From: Promethearchaeota archaeon | Lineage (GTDB): Archaea > Asgardarchaeota > Hermodarchaeia > Hermodarchaeales > Hermodarchaeaceae | DNA length: 27,805 bases | Direction of reading: 5' to 3' | NCBI GenBank assembly: GCA_048938295.1 | Contig: JBHLMI010000029.1 | Coordinates: forward strand, 1-27,805 | Shown: piece after piece, positions 8,885-18,598 of the stretch | Numbering within the stretch: position 1 is the first letter of the stretch | How the letters are laid out: the number at the start of each line of letters is the position of its first letter | The notes under the pieces: generated by a model | The model's database searches: none | What the model saw: the letters and a program-made list of their open reading frames with translations, nothing else | Told to the model about the DNA's origin: nothing | Position numbers and translations under genes: made by a program

Positions 8885-10309
8885 TTAAGTTAATGTCATA
8901 AATGGTAGTACTGCACGCGTAAGAATCCATAATGCCTGTGCTCCAATCTGTGTTGAGCCGGTTCTAGAAACATCAATAACCGGTAATTTCGAAGAGAGTT
9001 GATTTTCTGATAAATAGTAACGAAGCGCTGTTTCTGCCGATGTAAATGCTCTCGCGATCTTAGTGTAATATCGACCATTTTTCAAAAAGGCTTCAGGATG
9101 TTTTTTTATGAACTGGTTAACGCCTTCAACATGGCTTTGATGCGGTCCTGCTCTTGTATATGACTGACTCACTTTTGCTTTTTCAACGTGAAGCGCAACT
9201 GCGAATATATCACCATGAAAAAGCTCTTCAAAGGTTGCTAATCCGAATCGTGATTCTCCTGTCGGTTCCTGTTCGAGGAAACGTGCAAGTGTTGAGAAAT
9301 AGCGATAGAGTTTATCACGGGTTTTCGTATAATGCCACCCTGTTTGGTCATGAAACTCGATGACAAAGAAGTTTGGTTCCAACAAGCCTAGTTCCGTCTC
9401 AGATAATTGGGGAATGGGTCTTCTGTCAAAAAAAACTTCAGAGGGGCTCTGTAAAAGTTGGCGTGACTGGTGAGTAGTGTAACGGTAGGCACGTTTGGAA
9501 ATACTAGAGGCAATGTTGCGATTAGGATCTACTGGGTCAGATATGATGAAAAAATCGTTAGTGAATTTTCGTTTCAATGAATCAGCATCACGGTTGAAGA
9601 AATCGAGTGGCTGTGGTGTTGACTGAGACAAGTATTCCAATGCTGGTTCTAATTCTTTTGTGTGAAATATTAGCATCTCAGTACTGAAACCCGTAAAGCC
9701 ACTCACACCAACTGGACTCGCATCTCCGTAGACATAAGATGTTTGGAAGAAAGCTTTGAGAAGACGGACATCATCCCGTTGGGCGTCAGTAAGATGCTTA
9801 TCCACAAAATTTGAGTGATGCGGCGTTCGGTCGACAGCGGTGATTGGACCATTGCTAGCAATATAGTCTTTGTTTAAATCGAAGCAAAAAACGATGTCAA
9901 CCTTATAATTATCTATTTGAGCTATTACGTAGGGATGTTCCGCGTAAGCAATTTCAACTTCTTTCGATCCTGCACTTTTTGCAGCGTTAACGGCTACATC
10001 ATTCACCATCTTTTTCAGCAAACGGCGAATCATAGGTTTTCTAGTTTTCTTGTCTTCTAGTGAATCTGACACAATTGACACCGGTAATCCGACGAATATG
10101 TCCAGCTCTTTCCAACCGCGGAGCTGTGTCTGTTTTCGACCCGAAGAACCTTCTAAATTAATAAACGCAAAAGTGATATTTCGCTCGGTTCCTTCGAATT
10201 CAATGGCCTTGCGTATTTTTTCGAAAACTGAGGTTGCTTCTTGAATATCAAACTCGGTTGGTCGAATTTCTTTCAGACACTGAAGCCGTATTGTATCAGG
10301 AATAGACAT
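8885..10309 (-). CDS. cca: Class I (archaeal) CCA-adding tRNA nucleotidyltransferase
   Basis: GS.....T.LRG..ELDIF, YAEHPYV, KVDIV, AVDRTPHH, DVRLLKAF, GFTGFSTEMLI, DPVDPNRNIA. Confidence 0.9.
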   Translation of the reverse strand: MSIPDTIRLQCLKEIRPTEFDIQEATSVFEKIRKAIEFEGTERNITFAFINLEGSSGRKQTQLRGWKELDIFVGLPVSIVSDSLEDKKTRKPMIRRLLKKMVNDVAVNAAKSAGSKEVEIAYAEHPYVIAQIDNYKVDIVFCFDLNKDYIASNGPITAVDRTPHHSNFVDKHLTDAQRDDVRLLKAFFQTSYVYGDASPVGVSGFTGFSTEMLIFHTKELEPALEYLSQSTPQPLDFFNRDADSLKRKFTNDFFIISDPVDPNRNIASSISKRAYRYTTHQSRQLLQSPSEVFFDRRPIPQLSETELGLLEPNFFVIEFHDQTGWHYTKTRDKLYRYFSTLARFLEQEPTGESRFGLATFEELFHGDIFAVALHVEKAKVSQSYTRAGPHQSHVEGVNQFIKKHPEAFLKNGRYYTKIARAFTSAETALRYYLSENQLSSKLPVIDVSRTGSTQIGAQALWILTRAVLPFMTLT

Positions 10310-10378
10310 CGAATTGTTTCTTGGCGGCTATGCTTTTAAGTCATAAAGCCTAAGCCCTATTTCGAGGGAGCTCTACAT

Positions 10379-10834
10379 ATGTTAGATGAAGTGGATTTGC
10401 AGATCCTCCAAGTTCTTCAAACAAATTCGAGAATATCATTCTCTGAGCTAGGACGGAGTGTTGGCTTAAGTGCAACTGCAGCACGAAATCGGATTAACAG
10501 CCTAGTCTCTCGAGGAATAATAACAAAGCTGGGTGCAGAATTCGATTGGGCGAAAATTGGATGGCCAATTCAATCCCTTTTATTAATTCGCACAGAGCAT
10601 GGCAAAGCCGAAGCGGTTGCAAAGCAACTCCACAAAATCCCTCAAATCCTTTCGATAACCAAGACCGCTGGAAACGTCGATTTGGTTGTCCGTCTACTTG
10701 CAGGTGGTATTTCAGATTTCACAGCATTTCTTCATAAATCGCTATCAAAGGTTACTGGAATCACAAGTATTGATACTTTAATGGTGCTCGATGAAGTAAA
10801 TAATACACCACCGCTCCAATCTGAGATACGGTAG
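10379..10834 (+). CDS. Lrp/AsnC family transcriptional regulator
   Basis: LDEVDLQILQVLQTNSRISFSELGRSVGLS....RNRI, C-terminal RAM domain (TAGNVDLVV). Confidence 0.9.
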   Translation: MLDEVDLQILQVLQTNSRISFSELGRSVGLSATAARNRINSLVSRGIITKLGAEFDWAKIGWPIQSLLLIRTEHGKAEAVAKQLHKIPQILSITKTAGNVDLVVRLLAGGISDFTAFLHKSLSKVTGITSIDTLMVLDEVNNTPPLQSEIR

Positions 10835-10835
10835 T

Positions 10836-11486
10836 TTAGAACTCCCGTGCTCTAATTTCTCCGTTCGGAACTGATTCAGCAAAAATCTGAGCCTGAAATT
10901 TCAGAATCTTTACTACAGGGTCCAAATAGCAACTTGGGGGAAGTCCCGCTTTTTGGCAACAACCCTTTAAGAATTCCTCAGCATTCCACCCTTGTTCAGG
11001 GGCAACTTGTGGAAGTAGAAGACCTCGGTGCCAGCCTTTTCCTTGAACAATTAAACCATCAGTACCAATTTTAATTTGGTCCGAAAGTTTGGTCCTATCA
11101 GTCGTTAAGATTTCTTGAGGTAATGTTAGAACACTGGTCTCTACAAGGATGGATTTCAATTCATCGGCACGTACAGGAGGAAATCGGGGGTCTTCGAGTG
11201 CGGAACTCAACGCCGCTTGACGTGTTGCCTCAAGTAAAGAAATCGATTGATAGTGGCTATCTGGTCCAGGTTGTAAATGGCCAATACAACCCCTCAATTC
11301 CCATTTCTGTTCATTTCGCGGATGACGTTTTTTCAGCGTAACAAAAACACTGCGATGTTCCATTAACGCTTCCGACGGCGATTTGGGAAAGGCTGCCTTT
11401 TGATTGTGGAGGATATGGCTTTCAATGGTTTGTCGAGCAAATCCGGTGAGTATTATCCCATCTTCAAGTGTGAGTAGTCTAGTCAT
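10836..11486 (-). CDS. AMMECR1 family protein (AmmeMemoRadiSam system protein A)
   Basis: VFVTL, LRGCIG, ALEDPRFPPV..DEL, ETSVLT, GTDGLIV, GLLLPQVA.EQGW, C.KAGL, FQAQIF.E. Confidence 0.92.
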   Translation of the reverse strand: MTRLLTLEDGIILTGFARQTIESHILHNQKAAFPKSPSEALMEHRSVFVTLKKRHPRNEQKWELRGCIGHLQPGPDSHYQSISLLEATRQAALSSALEDPRFPPVRADELKSILVETSVLTLPQEILTTDRTKLSDQIKIGTDGLIVQGKGWHRGLLLPQVAPEQGWNAEEFLKGCCQKAGLPPSCYLDPVVKILKFQAQIFAESVPNGEIRAREF

Positions 11487-11516
11487 CGCTCTGTCTCCGA
11501 AATACTCTCAAGCAGC

Positions 11517-12317
11517 TTATTTTGGGATGAAATGATTTGCAACTAATCTCACGAGATTACGTCTAATGAGAATGTTTTGCATGATATCTTTTTTCATTAC
11601 GGGTAAAAGGTGTTGGTGTTCACGGAGCAGCAGTTTCGCGGCGTCACCAACGGTCATCTTAGGGGTTGTTGTCAAGTCAGTCTTTGTAAGAATGTTTGAT
11701 ACAAGAAACTCCCGTAATCGCGTACTCTGATACTTGGCGGGAATTTCTCGTCGAAACGCGGCAAATCCGAGTGCTAGCTGCTTCTTTGTAACCAACCCAA
11801 TAATCTTCCCTTCATCAAAAACAGGAAGTCCAGGCATTTTTTCAGCTAAAATTAATTGCCGGGCATGAACCACTCGGTCTGTGGGGCTTACGCTGATCGG
11901 TTTTTCTAATTCTAGGTCTTGCACCCTAATATTGGTGATATCCTGACACTGTTTTACGAAATGCGTATTGGTAATAATACCCACAACTTCTTCTTCTTTC
12001 ACAACGGGTAATGCTCCTTCCTGGCGGTTCAGAAGTAACTTGGCCGCCTCAAATATTTCCAATGATGGATCAACGGTTTGCGGATTGAGCTCCATGACTG
12101 AGCTGATGTGAATGCTTGCAGGTGATAATTTCCCTGCACGTGTAGATCCTAATCGGTCGACAAGATCTAGTTCTGTAATTAATCCAATTAAGCGATTTTC
12201 ATCTGTAACAGGGATTGCAGATATCCCTAGCTTCTCCATGATGTCTAATGCAGCGGGTATGGTCTGATCTTTATCGATGGTCTTCACAGGGCTTGCCATA
12301 ACTTTCTCTACTTGCAT
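11517..12317 (-). CDS. CBS-domain protein (two CBS pairs)
   Basis: Repeated LPV...++GIIT motifs (IPVTDENRLIGLIT, LPVVKEEEVVGIIT, LPVFDEGKIIGLVT). GAGGTGA SD before ATG 12317. Confidence 0.85.
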   Translation of the reverse strand: MQVEKVMASPVKTIDKDQTIPAALDIMEKLGISAIPVTDENRLIGLITELDLVDRLGSTRAGKLSPASIHISSVMELNPQTVDPSLEIFEAAKLLLNRQEGALPVVKEEEVVGIITNTHFVKQCQDITNIRVQDLELEKPISVSPTDRVVHARQLILAEKMPGLPVFDEGKIIGLVTKKQLALGFAAFRREIPAKYQSTRLREFLVSNILTKTDLTTTPKMTVGDAAKLLLREHQHLLPVMKKDIMQNILIRRNLVRLVANHFIPK

Positions 12318-12400
12318 CGACCTCACCTCAATATACAATATTTTCTAATTGCCTTGAAAATACTTTGGCTCTTGCATCTCACTTGATAATAAGTGGTTCC

Positions 12401-14410
12401 TTATTCACTTATGAAGTCAACTGGACCTGGTGGCAACATAGCGATTATCTCATCAATACTTAGGGTGTGAACTTGTCCTTGTAGGTTCTCCGGGGCTTGA
12501 TCAGCAAATTGCTTGCGTATTCGCTTTGCGGCATCTGACGATTTCATCTTTCCCGGAATGATTACAACAAAGACTTCACTCTGACGCTGAACCGCCTGTT
12601 CAGGTCCAGCAATGATCATCGGAAACCCCTCTTCTACGATCAGTCCTACTGCAATACGAACGGCAGCATTTCGAATATAGTTTCTGTCACCTCGAACCAT
12701 CACGGAACCCTTTGGAAGAAATTCTCCTGATGGCGCGCTAAATGAAACTTGGTCCTGCTTCACCCAATAGGTATCTGCTGTACTCCACCCCGCTTTCCAT
12801 GCACGAGAATAACTAACAGCAAAGGTGGCAATTTCAAGAAATTCTTCATCCGTAACTTCTCGCCCCTTGGTTTTCGCAACCACAATGGGTGCCCCTGCGA
12901 AATCAGCATGGAAGAACAAATCCGGTTCTTCAAGATACTTACGGATTAATTGCTGGTTGCTTCCAGCATCCCGTCCTCCAAGAACCAGCATACCATGAGA
13001 TGTTCGAAACCATCTAAATTTCTCATACCAATGCTTTCTTCGCCGTTTAACTAGTTTTTCTGATTCTACCTGAACTAATTCGTCTTCTCGTTTTTCTCGA
13101 AGTCTAGCAATCTTGGCTTCAGTGTCATCAATAGCGATAGTAGCACCTTTCACCTTCTTTTCCAGCTGTTTACTACGCTGAAAGAGTTGGTTAGCGTTAT
13201 CTGTTGCAGATAAACGGATATCCAATGTTAATGTTAACTCATCTAAATCGACATGGATTCGACCTGCATGCTTGTCGATTTTAATAAAAATCAATGCAGC
13301 TGGAATCTGTTTCCCTTTTCCGTCTTCAAGTCGTGCGGTGATATCATCCCAGGATAGATTCTGTTGGCGTGCATCTCGAACGGTAGCTAGAAGTTCTTCA
13401 ACGATATTGAGATGTCGATAGATTGCATTAGCTGCATCACGACTGGATGCAGCACGGGACCGCATATCATCTAGGTGTTGTTGCTGTTGGGTTCGTAGCC
13501 GTTGGAGTTTTGCTAGTTCCTGTTGATACTTATCTTCCACGACCTCAACAGCTGTATCTTCCTTTCGTGTTGAATAGAAGGTATCCAAAGCCTCATTGAA
13601 TGTTAAAAACTTCTTTATCTGGGCATTTAGGTAAAGGCTGTTCTCAGTAGGTATGACTCTTATGGGTTCATTATCTTCGTCGAGGATTATTTGGGGATGA
13701 AGTGGTTCCTCTGTGAGAATACGGAAATACTCCCCTATCCCCTGGTAGAGTGTTTTTCTTTGATTTGCTAAAAGAGTTGAGGCACGTAATTTGGGATCAA
13801 GATTTGCACGTATCAGGATTTCCTCAATCGTGGTGCCGCTCATATTCAGGTTTTGGGTTAGCGTCCGAACTAGCTCATGGTCTGATTCATCAAGGATAGT
13901 GTTTAAGTCCTCTGAAGATACGTTCCGTGGATCCATCGCTCGAAGTGGGGGAAACTGGAAAGGGGCTCCTCGAACAATATCACGATCCTTCATCCGACGA
14001 AACGTCATAGCTGACACGATTCTGTCCTTTGGATCCAGTAGAATCGCATTTCCACCACCGAAAAGCTCAATCACCAAAGTAAACCGTTTTTCGGGTGGCC
14101 CAGCCCGGAGATACACTACACGATCAAAGTCGTGTTGTGCGATATCCGAGACTTTATGATCGCGAAGTTGTTTTCGTAACGCCTTACAGAAAGCTCGGAG
14201 CTTCGCTTCCCGTTCATAGGTGAGTGCAGTGAGGTGCATCCGTTTACCAGGTTCGATTAACAGCCAAGTCTTATTTGGTGAATCAGAACTGAATTTAAAA
14301 AGCAACGTACCGTTAAGTTGATAAATATTCAGAATCCATTTGCCGATTAACTCATCCCTGATTTCACGTAGCATAACGAAAACATCAGATGCGGACATTC
14401 CAGAACTCAC
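12401..14410 (-). CDS. rqcH: Rqc2/NEMF-like ribosome quality-control factor (NFACT family)
   Basis: NFACT-N (QHDFDRVV, LVIELFGGGNAILLD), coiled coil, NFACT-R (WYEKFRWF, GGRDA.SN, FFHADFAGAP, SRAW), and PSGEFLPKGSVMVRG.RNY. Confidence 0.9.
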   Translation of the reverse strand: MSSGMSASDVFVMLREIRDELIGKWILNIYQLNGTLLFKFSSDSPNKTWLLIEPGKRMHLTALTYEREAKLRAFCKALRKQLRDHKVSDIAQHDFDRVVYLRAGPPEKRFTLVIELFGGGNAILLDPKDRIVSAMTFRRMKDRDIVRGAPFQFPPLRAMDPRNVSSEDLNTILDESDHELVRTLTQNLNMSGTTIEEILIRANLDPKLRASTLLANQRKTLYQGIGEYFRILTEEPLHPQIILDEDNEPIRVIPTENSLYLNAQIKKFLTFNEALDTFYSTRKEDTAVEVVEDKYQQELAKLQRLRTQQQQHLDDMRSRAASSRDAANAIYRHLNIVEELLATVRDARQQNLSWDDITARLEDGKGKQIPAALIFIKIDKHAGRIHVDLDELTLTLDIRLSATDNANQLFQRSKQLEKKVKGATIAIDDTEAKIARLREKREDELVQVESEKLVKRRRKHWYEKFRWFRTSHGMLVLGGRDAGSNQQLIRKYLEEPDLFFHADFAGAPIVVAKTKGREVTDEEFLEIATFAVSYSRAWKAGWSTADTYWVKQDQVSFSAPSGEFLPKGSVMVRGDRNYIRNAAVRIAVGLIVEEGFPMIIAGPEQAVQRQSEVFVVIIPGKMKSSDAAKRIRKQFADQAPENLQGQVHTLSIDEIIAMLPPGPVDFISE

Positions 14411-14422
14411 GGAGGTTCACCC

Positions 14423-14779
14423 TTGCCGAAGAAATCTATACCTGAAGAACCGTTGCCATGGAATCAATTTTGGCGTAGTCGAATTACTCCTGAAGACCTA
14501 ATCTATTACACACGACTTATCTTCGCCTTTATTGGAGCAGCAATTGCTTTAGCCTTTAACCTTTCGGGTCCCTTGGGCCTCGTAGGCTTTTTTGTGGGAG
14601 TGGTATTGGTCGTCGTGTCATATCTCATTCCCATTTATATTCTGGGTATTGATCCTGGGGAAGTAGGTGGGCATGGAAAGGGGCTCATGAAGGGCCTAGG
14701 CACTGGAGTGCTAATTTTTCTTGTAGTGTGGTTCTTAGTGTTCAATTTCGTCTACTACTACACAGCTCTGTCTCCGTGA
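14423..14779 (+). CDS. EMC6/Rab5ip (OPTI)-like three-TM membrane protein
   Basis: IYYTRLIFAFIGAAIALAFNLSGPLGLVGF and GLGTGVLIFLVVWFLVFNFVY parallel the EMC6 pattern (Y.R.....G..AG..GL.G..GF and G.......++.W...Y). TTG start with GGAGGT SD. Confidence 0.65.
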   Translation: MPKKSIPEEPLPWNQFWRSRITPEDLIYYTRLIFAFIGAAIALAFNLSGPLGLVGFFVGVVLVVVSYLIPIYILGIDPGEVGGHGKGLMKGLGTGVLIFLVVWFLVFNFVYYYTALSP

Positions 14780-14883
14780 AGGACATTAAGGATTTCGCTC
14801 AAGAATTGAAAAATGTTTGAGGAAACCTTAATAGGTGCCCTTACCCAATGAAGTTTTAGACAGATTTCCATCGAGGGAGTTAA

Positions 14884-15411
14884 GTGAAACTGGATGACAA
14901 GGATTTACATATCCTCTCTTTGCTCCAACAAGATGGACGAGCGAAGTATACACAAATTGCCAGAACTTTGTCGAAGGCAATGAATCAGAGCATTCCAGAT
15001 ACTACTATTTTATTTCGCATTCGTAAACTTCAGCAAGCAGGAGTGATTAAACGCTTCACAGTGAGCGTTGATCAAGAAATGCTTGGATATACTGTATCCG
15101 GTGTCATGTTCATTGAAATTGGTGGCCATATTCTACGCGATATAACAATAGAACATACTCAAAAAATCAAAGCGGAACTTGAAAGCCGTCCTAATGTTAT
15201 CTTTCTTGCGTTAAATGAAAATGAAACCGGGATTTTTGCATTTATACTCGGTAAAAACACAAAGGATCTTCAAGAGATCTTTGACAAATTAAAAGACAAC
15301 CCTGATGTAGTTGATGCTAGACTCTGGTTTCTGAAGCAGCCATCAAAGGGTGATAGTCTGATAGGTACAGGATTACCTATCAATGAAAAGGAGGAAAAAG
15401 AAGATGTCTGA
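14884..15411 (+). CDS. Lrp/AsnC family transcriptional regulator
   Basis: LDDKDLHILSLLQQDGRAKYTQIA, FRIRKLQQAGVIKRFTVSVD..MLGY. Confidence 0.85.
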   Translation: MKLDDKDLHILSLLQQDGRAKYTQIARTLSKAMNQSIPDTTILFRIRKLQQAGVIKRFTVSVDQEMLGYTVSGVMFIEIGGHILRDITIEHTQKIKAELESRPNVIFLALNENETGIFAFILGKNTKDLQEIFDKLKDNPDVVDARLWFLKQPSKGDSLIGTGLPINEKEEKEDV

Positions 15412-16141
15412 GACATCTGAACGGGTGAAAACAGGAATTCCTGGATTAGATGGAATCCTTCATGGTGGATTCATACCAGGAAGTAATGTACTCGTCTCTG
15501 GTGGGGCAGGGACGGGAAAGACGATCTTCTGCATGCAGTTTCTCTATTCAGGTGCGATTAATTTCGGAGATAATGGTGTCTTTGTCACCTTGGAAGAGCG
15601 ACCGAAAGAGTTACGCCACGAAGCAACACGTTTTGGATGGAACTTTGAAAAATTGCAGGAAGAAGAAAAACTGATTATCGTTGACGCTGCCTCAAGCAAG
15701 GCTGGGCTACCGACAACTGAACCACACGCTATTCGAACCGGACTTGATATAAACGCCCTTGCACAAGAAATCTATCGAGTAACAAAGCGAATTAACGCAC
15801 GTCGAATCGTCATCGATTCTGTTTCAGGTCTTGGTATTAGGTTTGAAGGAATTGCTGCCGTGCGAAATGCTATATTCAAACTTTCAAGCCTTCTCCGAGA
15901 GCTTGGGGCGACATCTATCATGACATCAGAAGTGGCCCAAGGCTCGAATGGTTTTAGCCGATATGGGGTTGAAGAATTCATTGCTCAAGGGCTAATTATT
16001 CTCTCCCTCACAGAACAAGATCGAGAGCTTCGACGAAGCCTCGTCGTTAGAAAAATGCGGCAAACCGGTCACAGTCTGAAGCGGTTCCCCTTTGAAATCA
16101 GCAGTTCGGGACTGGTTGTAATGCCAGGTGGCGAACTTTAA
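15404..16141 (+). CDS. Single-domain KaiC-like / RAD55 family ATPase
   Basis: RVKTGIPGLD, Walker A GGAGTGKT, VTLEE, Walker B RIVIDS, GVEEFIAQG, R.L.VRKMR.T.H...FEI. ATG 15404 overlaps the Lrp stop. Confidence 0.9.
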   Translation: MSETSERVKTGIPGLDGILHGGFIPGSNVLVSGGAGTGKTIFCMQFLYSGAINFGDNGVFVTLEERPKELRHEATRFGWNFEKLQEEEKLIIVDAASSKAGLPTTEPHAIRTGLDINALAQEIYRVTKRINARRIVIDSVSGLGIRFEGIAAVRNAIFKLSSLLRELGATSIMTSEVAQGSNGFSRYGVEEFIAQGLIILSLTEQDRELRRSLVVRKMRQTGHSLKRFPFEISSSGLVVMPGGEL

Positions 16142-16154
16142 ACAATCCGCACAC

Positions 16155-16736
16155 TCATAGGAATACACTTGTTAGAATCACTAGAGCAGTGTAAACTATG
16201 AAAATATAGCTAACCAACGGGACCTCAATTTGCCTCCACTGGTTATCTTCAGTTAATAAAAGAGAAAACCGTCGAGTAAACCAAAATATCTTCTTCTCTG
16301 GCTTCTGTGCTCGTTCCTCGCTTCTGGATACTAGCTTCCAGGATAATCTGTTCTGAAACAGAAGCCAAATACTATGGATTCCCACTAATAGATATCCGCC
16401 AAATAAAACGACGAATGGTGCGATAAAAAGCCAGAGTGGATTTAATATCATCCAGGGATAGAGCAACGAGATTGTCAGTATGGCTTTTCCGTCTGCTCCG
16501 CCAAGTACACCAAGGCGGAAACTAGCTATGACAAGGAAAAATACCAACACTGCTTGGAGACCGAACAAAAACCACAAACCTGTTGTTCCAACCCGGTAAA
16601 TCGTGAAGGGCAGGCCAAATAAGCCGATTAACCAAACCGAATTGGATACTTCTCTTACCTGATAATCTTTAATCGCTGCAATTAACAAGAGGAATAACAC
16701 GAATACTGTGGTTATAATAGCAAAAAGCATGTCCAC
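16155..16736 (-). CDS. Prepilin/preflagellin peptidase (A24, FlaK/PibD-like)
   Basis: Multi-TM protein with both catalytic Asp motifs: AAIKDYQVREV and LGGADGK. Confidence 0.8.
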   Translation of the reverse strand: MDMLFAIITTVFVLFLLLIAAIKDYQVREVSNSVWLIGLFGLPFTIYRVGTTGLWFLFGLQAVLVFFLVIASFRLGVLGGADGKAILTISLLYPWMILNPLWLFIAPFVVLFGGYLLVGIHSIWLLFQNRLSWKLVSRSEERAQKPEKKIFWFTRRFSLLLTEDNQWRQIEVPLVSYIFIVYTALVILTSVFL

Positions 16737-16797
16737 TAATAACCCTCGCCATTACAATTTGTCTTATACCTTTAAGAGCCCAACTAATTGAGGTGGA

Positions 16798-17061
16798 TCA
16801 TTCAGCAGTGATTCTTCTCTGTCGTAAGAATCGGATATACAGAAAAATCCCCAAAATAACTAGCGCACCTATCTGGACCGTTATGCCAACTGTAAGCAGA
16901 AGTAGTCCCGCATTTGTCAATCCCGTTATTTTGCTTACAAAGACGATCCCGATACCGCTAAGTAGTAAGATAAAAATGAAAATCGACTCAAGAAATGTTC
17001 CAAATCGACTGAGTAGTGATCGAAGACGAGATCTTTCGGATGGCAAGTTTTTCAACACCAT
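16798..17061 (-). CDS. Small two-TM membrane protein
   Basis: 87 aa with a basic N-terminus, two hydrophobic helices and a basic C-terminus. Co-oriented upstream of the peptidase. Confidence 0.55.
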   Translation of the reverse strand: MVLKNLPSERSRLRSLLSRFGTFLESIFIFILLLSGIGIVFVSKITGLTNAGLLLLTVGITVQIGALVILGIFLYIRFLRQRRITAE

Positions 17062-17173
17062 TACTTCAGAATTTATCAGTTTGAATGGAAGTTGAGCAGT
17101 ATCCTGATTAGCATATAAATGTACGCTAGGTGGCTAGACATTATCGATTCTGAAAATGGAGGAAACAGCACTT

Positions 17174-17470
17174 CTATACGGCATTTATTATTACTTGTTT
17201 TACAGCCGGTTCACATACCTTTCGAACACCATGCTCGCCGGGTTCATAGTGGCTTTTGATAAGCCCTGCTTGTTCAAGTATCTTGACTTGCGCACTAATG
17301 TTTGCTTCAGTTTGTTTTAGTGCTTTGGCGATTCGGCTGACATCCATACTGTTGTCACGAAGAAGAGAGAGAATCTTCCACCTCGTTTTACTGGAAAGCG
17401 CCTTAGCCACATGTGGTACCTCTTCATCGGGTACTTCAAATCGTTCAATCAAGTTTTGGACTCCCGCCAC
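17174..17470 (-). CDS. ArsR/SmtB-family HTH regulator
   Basis: AKALSSKTRWKILSLL, DVSRIAKALKQTEANISAQVKILEQAGLI, G.HG.RK.C. Confidence 0.85.
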   Translation of the reverse strand: MAGVQNLIERFEVPDEEVPHVAKALSSKTRWKILSLLRDNSMDVSRIAKALKQTEANISAQVKILEQAGLIKSHYEPGEHGVRKVCEPAVKQVIINAV

Positions 17471-17689
17471 AATAGTAAATTTGATGAAACAGTAGGCAAT
17501 TCATCGGCTCTCCCTAATATACGTTTCCTATTTAATTAAGCGGAGAGCTATCTAAACATTTAATCACCATGTTGAAGGTTTTTCCCTTAGATTCGGATGC
17601 GAAAACTAGGGGCTCAATAAAGTCGCCTGATAATTAGAGTCAGCATCCTGATAGACCTAATATTTTTTCACTATGGGATACCAGTTCAT

Positions 17690-18598
17690 GTGATCGATGT
17701 GCATCGTTTAGCGAAAATATTGCCAGAACTTCAACCAGAAGAAATCCAAGTTCTTCAAACTCTCGAAGAAATGACTCACCGATTCGAATATGTCCCTGCC
17801 CAAGAAATTAAAAACCGAAGTGCAATTGATGGGGAAGAGGCACTGTTTCTTCTGAGTAAGTTGAATAAAAAGGGTCTAGTTCAAAGGAAAAAAGAACGCT
17901 ATCTCGGCTATCTGATTTCCCAGGCCGGATATGATGCTCTTGCACTTTATGACCTAGCCCAAAAGGATGTGATTATTTCCCTGGGACAACCTTATGGTGT
18001 GGGAAAAGAGTCCACTGTTTACCGCGCTCTCGATGCAGATAATCAAGAGGTGGCTGTGAAATTTTTAAGATGGGGTCGAACAAGCTTTCGACGAGTTCGG
18101 CGTCTGCGCACTCTTAGGGATGAATCATTGCATTCTTGGATGGATTTCAGCCAACGTGCTGCTACACGTGAATTTGCAGCGCTTAAAATACTAGAAAATG
18201 CTGGAGGCAAAGTTCCTAGGCCAATAGCTGTAAATCGCCATGTCATTGTAATGTCAAGAATGTCAGGCGAATTGTTGCTGAATATTATCGAATTGAACAA
18301 CGCGCAAAATATTCTCGAACAAATAATTCAACAAGTCAGATTAGCTTATCACAAAGCGGAGCTTGTTCATGGAGATCTCAGTGAATACAACATATTTGTT
18401 GATGAAAACAATGAGATTACTCTCTTTGATTGGCCACAATGGCAGCCTTTAACACATCCCAATGCTTTATGGTTGCTCAGGCGAGACCTAACGAATGTAA
18501 CCACATTCTTCAGACGGAGATTTCGCATACTATACGATGTCGAAAAAACTCTTGCAAGGGTGATAGCCAATCCAAATGAGAAAAGACGGAATGATTGA
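17690..18598 (+). CDS. rio2: RIO2-type Ser/Thr kinase (N-terminal wHTH)
   Basis: GY.I...GYD.LAL, GVGKES.VY, AVKF, AATREF..L, VPRPI..NRHVIVM, LVHGDLSEYNI, FDWPQ. Confidence 0.9.
   Translation: MIDVHRLAKILPELQPEEIQVLQTLEEMTHRFEYVPAQEIKNRSAIDGEEALFLLSKLNKKGLVQRKKERYLGYLISQAGYDALALYDLAQKDVIISLGQPYGVGKESTVYRALDADNQEVAVKFLRWGRTSFRRVRRLRTLRDESLHSWMDFSQRAATREFAALKILENAGGKVPRPIAVNRHVIVMSRMSGELLLNIIELNNAQNILEQIIQQVRLAYHKAELVHGDLSEYNIFVDENNEITLFDWPQWQPLTHPNALWLLRRDLTNVTTFFRRRFRILYDVEKTLARVIANPNEKRRND

Noticed and set aside
14965-15000. About 5-aa insertion in the Lrp HTH turn (SKAMNQS) as another in-frame BHB intron
   Set aside because: Only a 4-bp AATG/CATT pairing is present, with no matching central helix or bulges.
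16798-17061. Small membrane protein as a pilin (RFG-TFLES)
   Set aside because: It does not fit the [KR][GA] class III cleavage motif or the +5 Glu spacing, and it has two TM helices.
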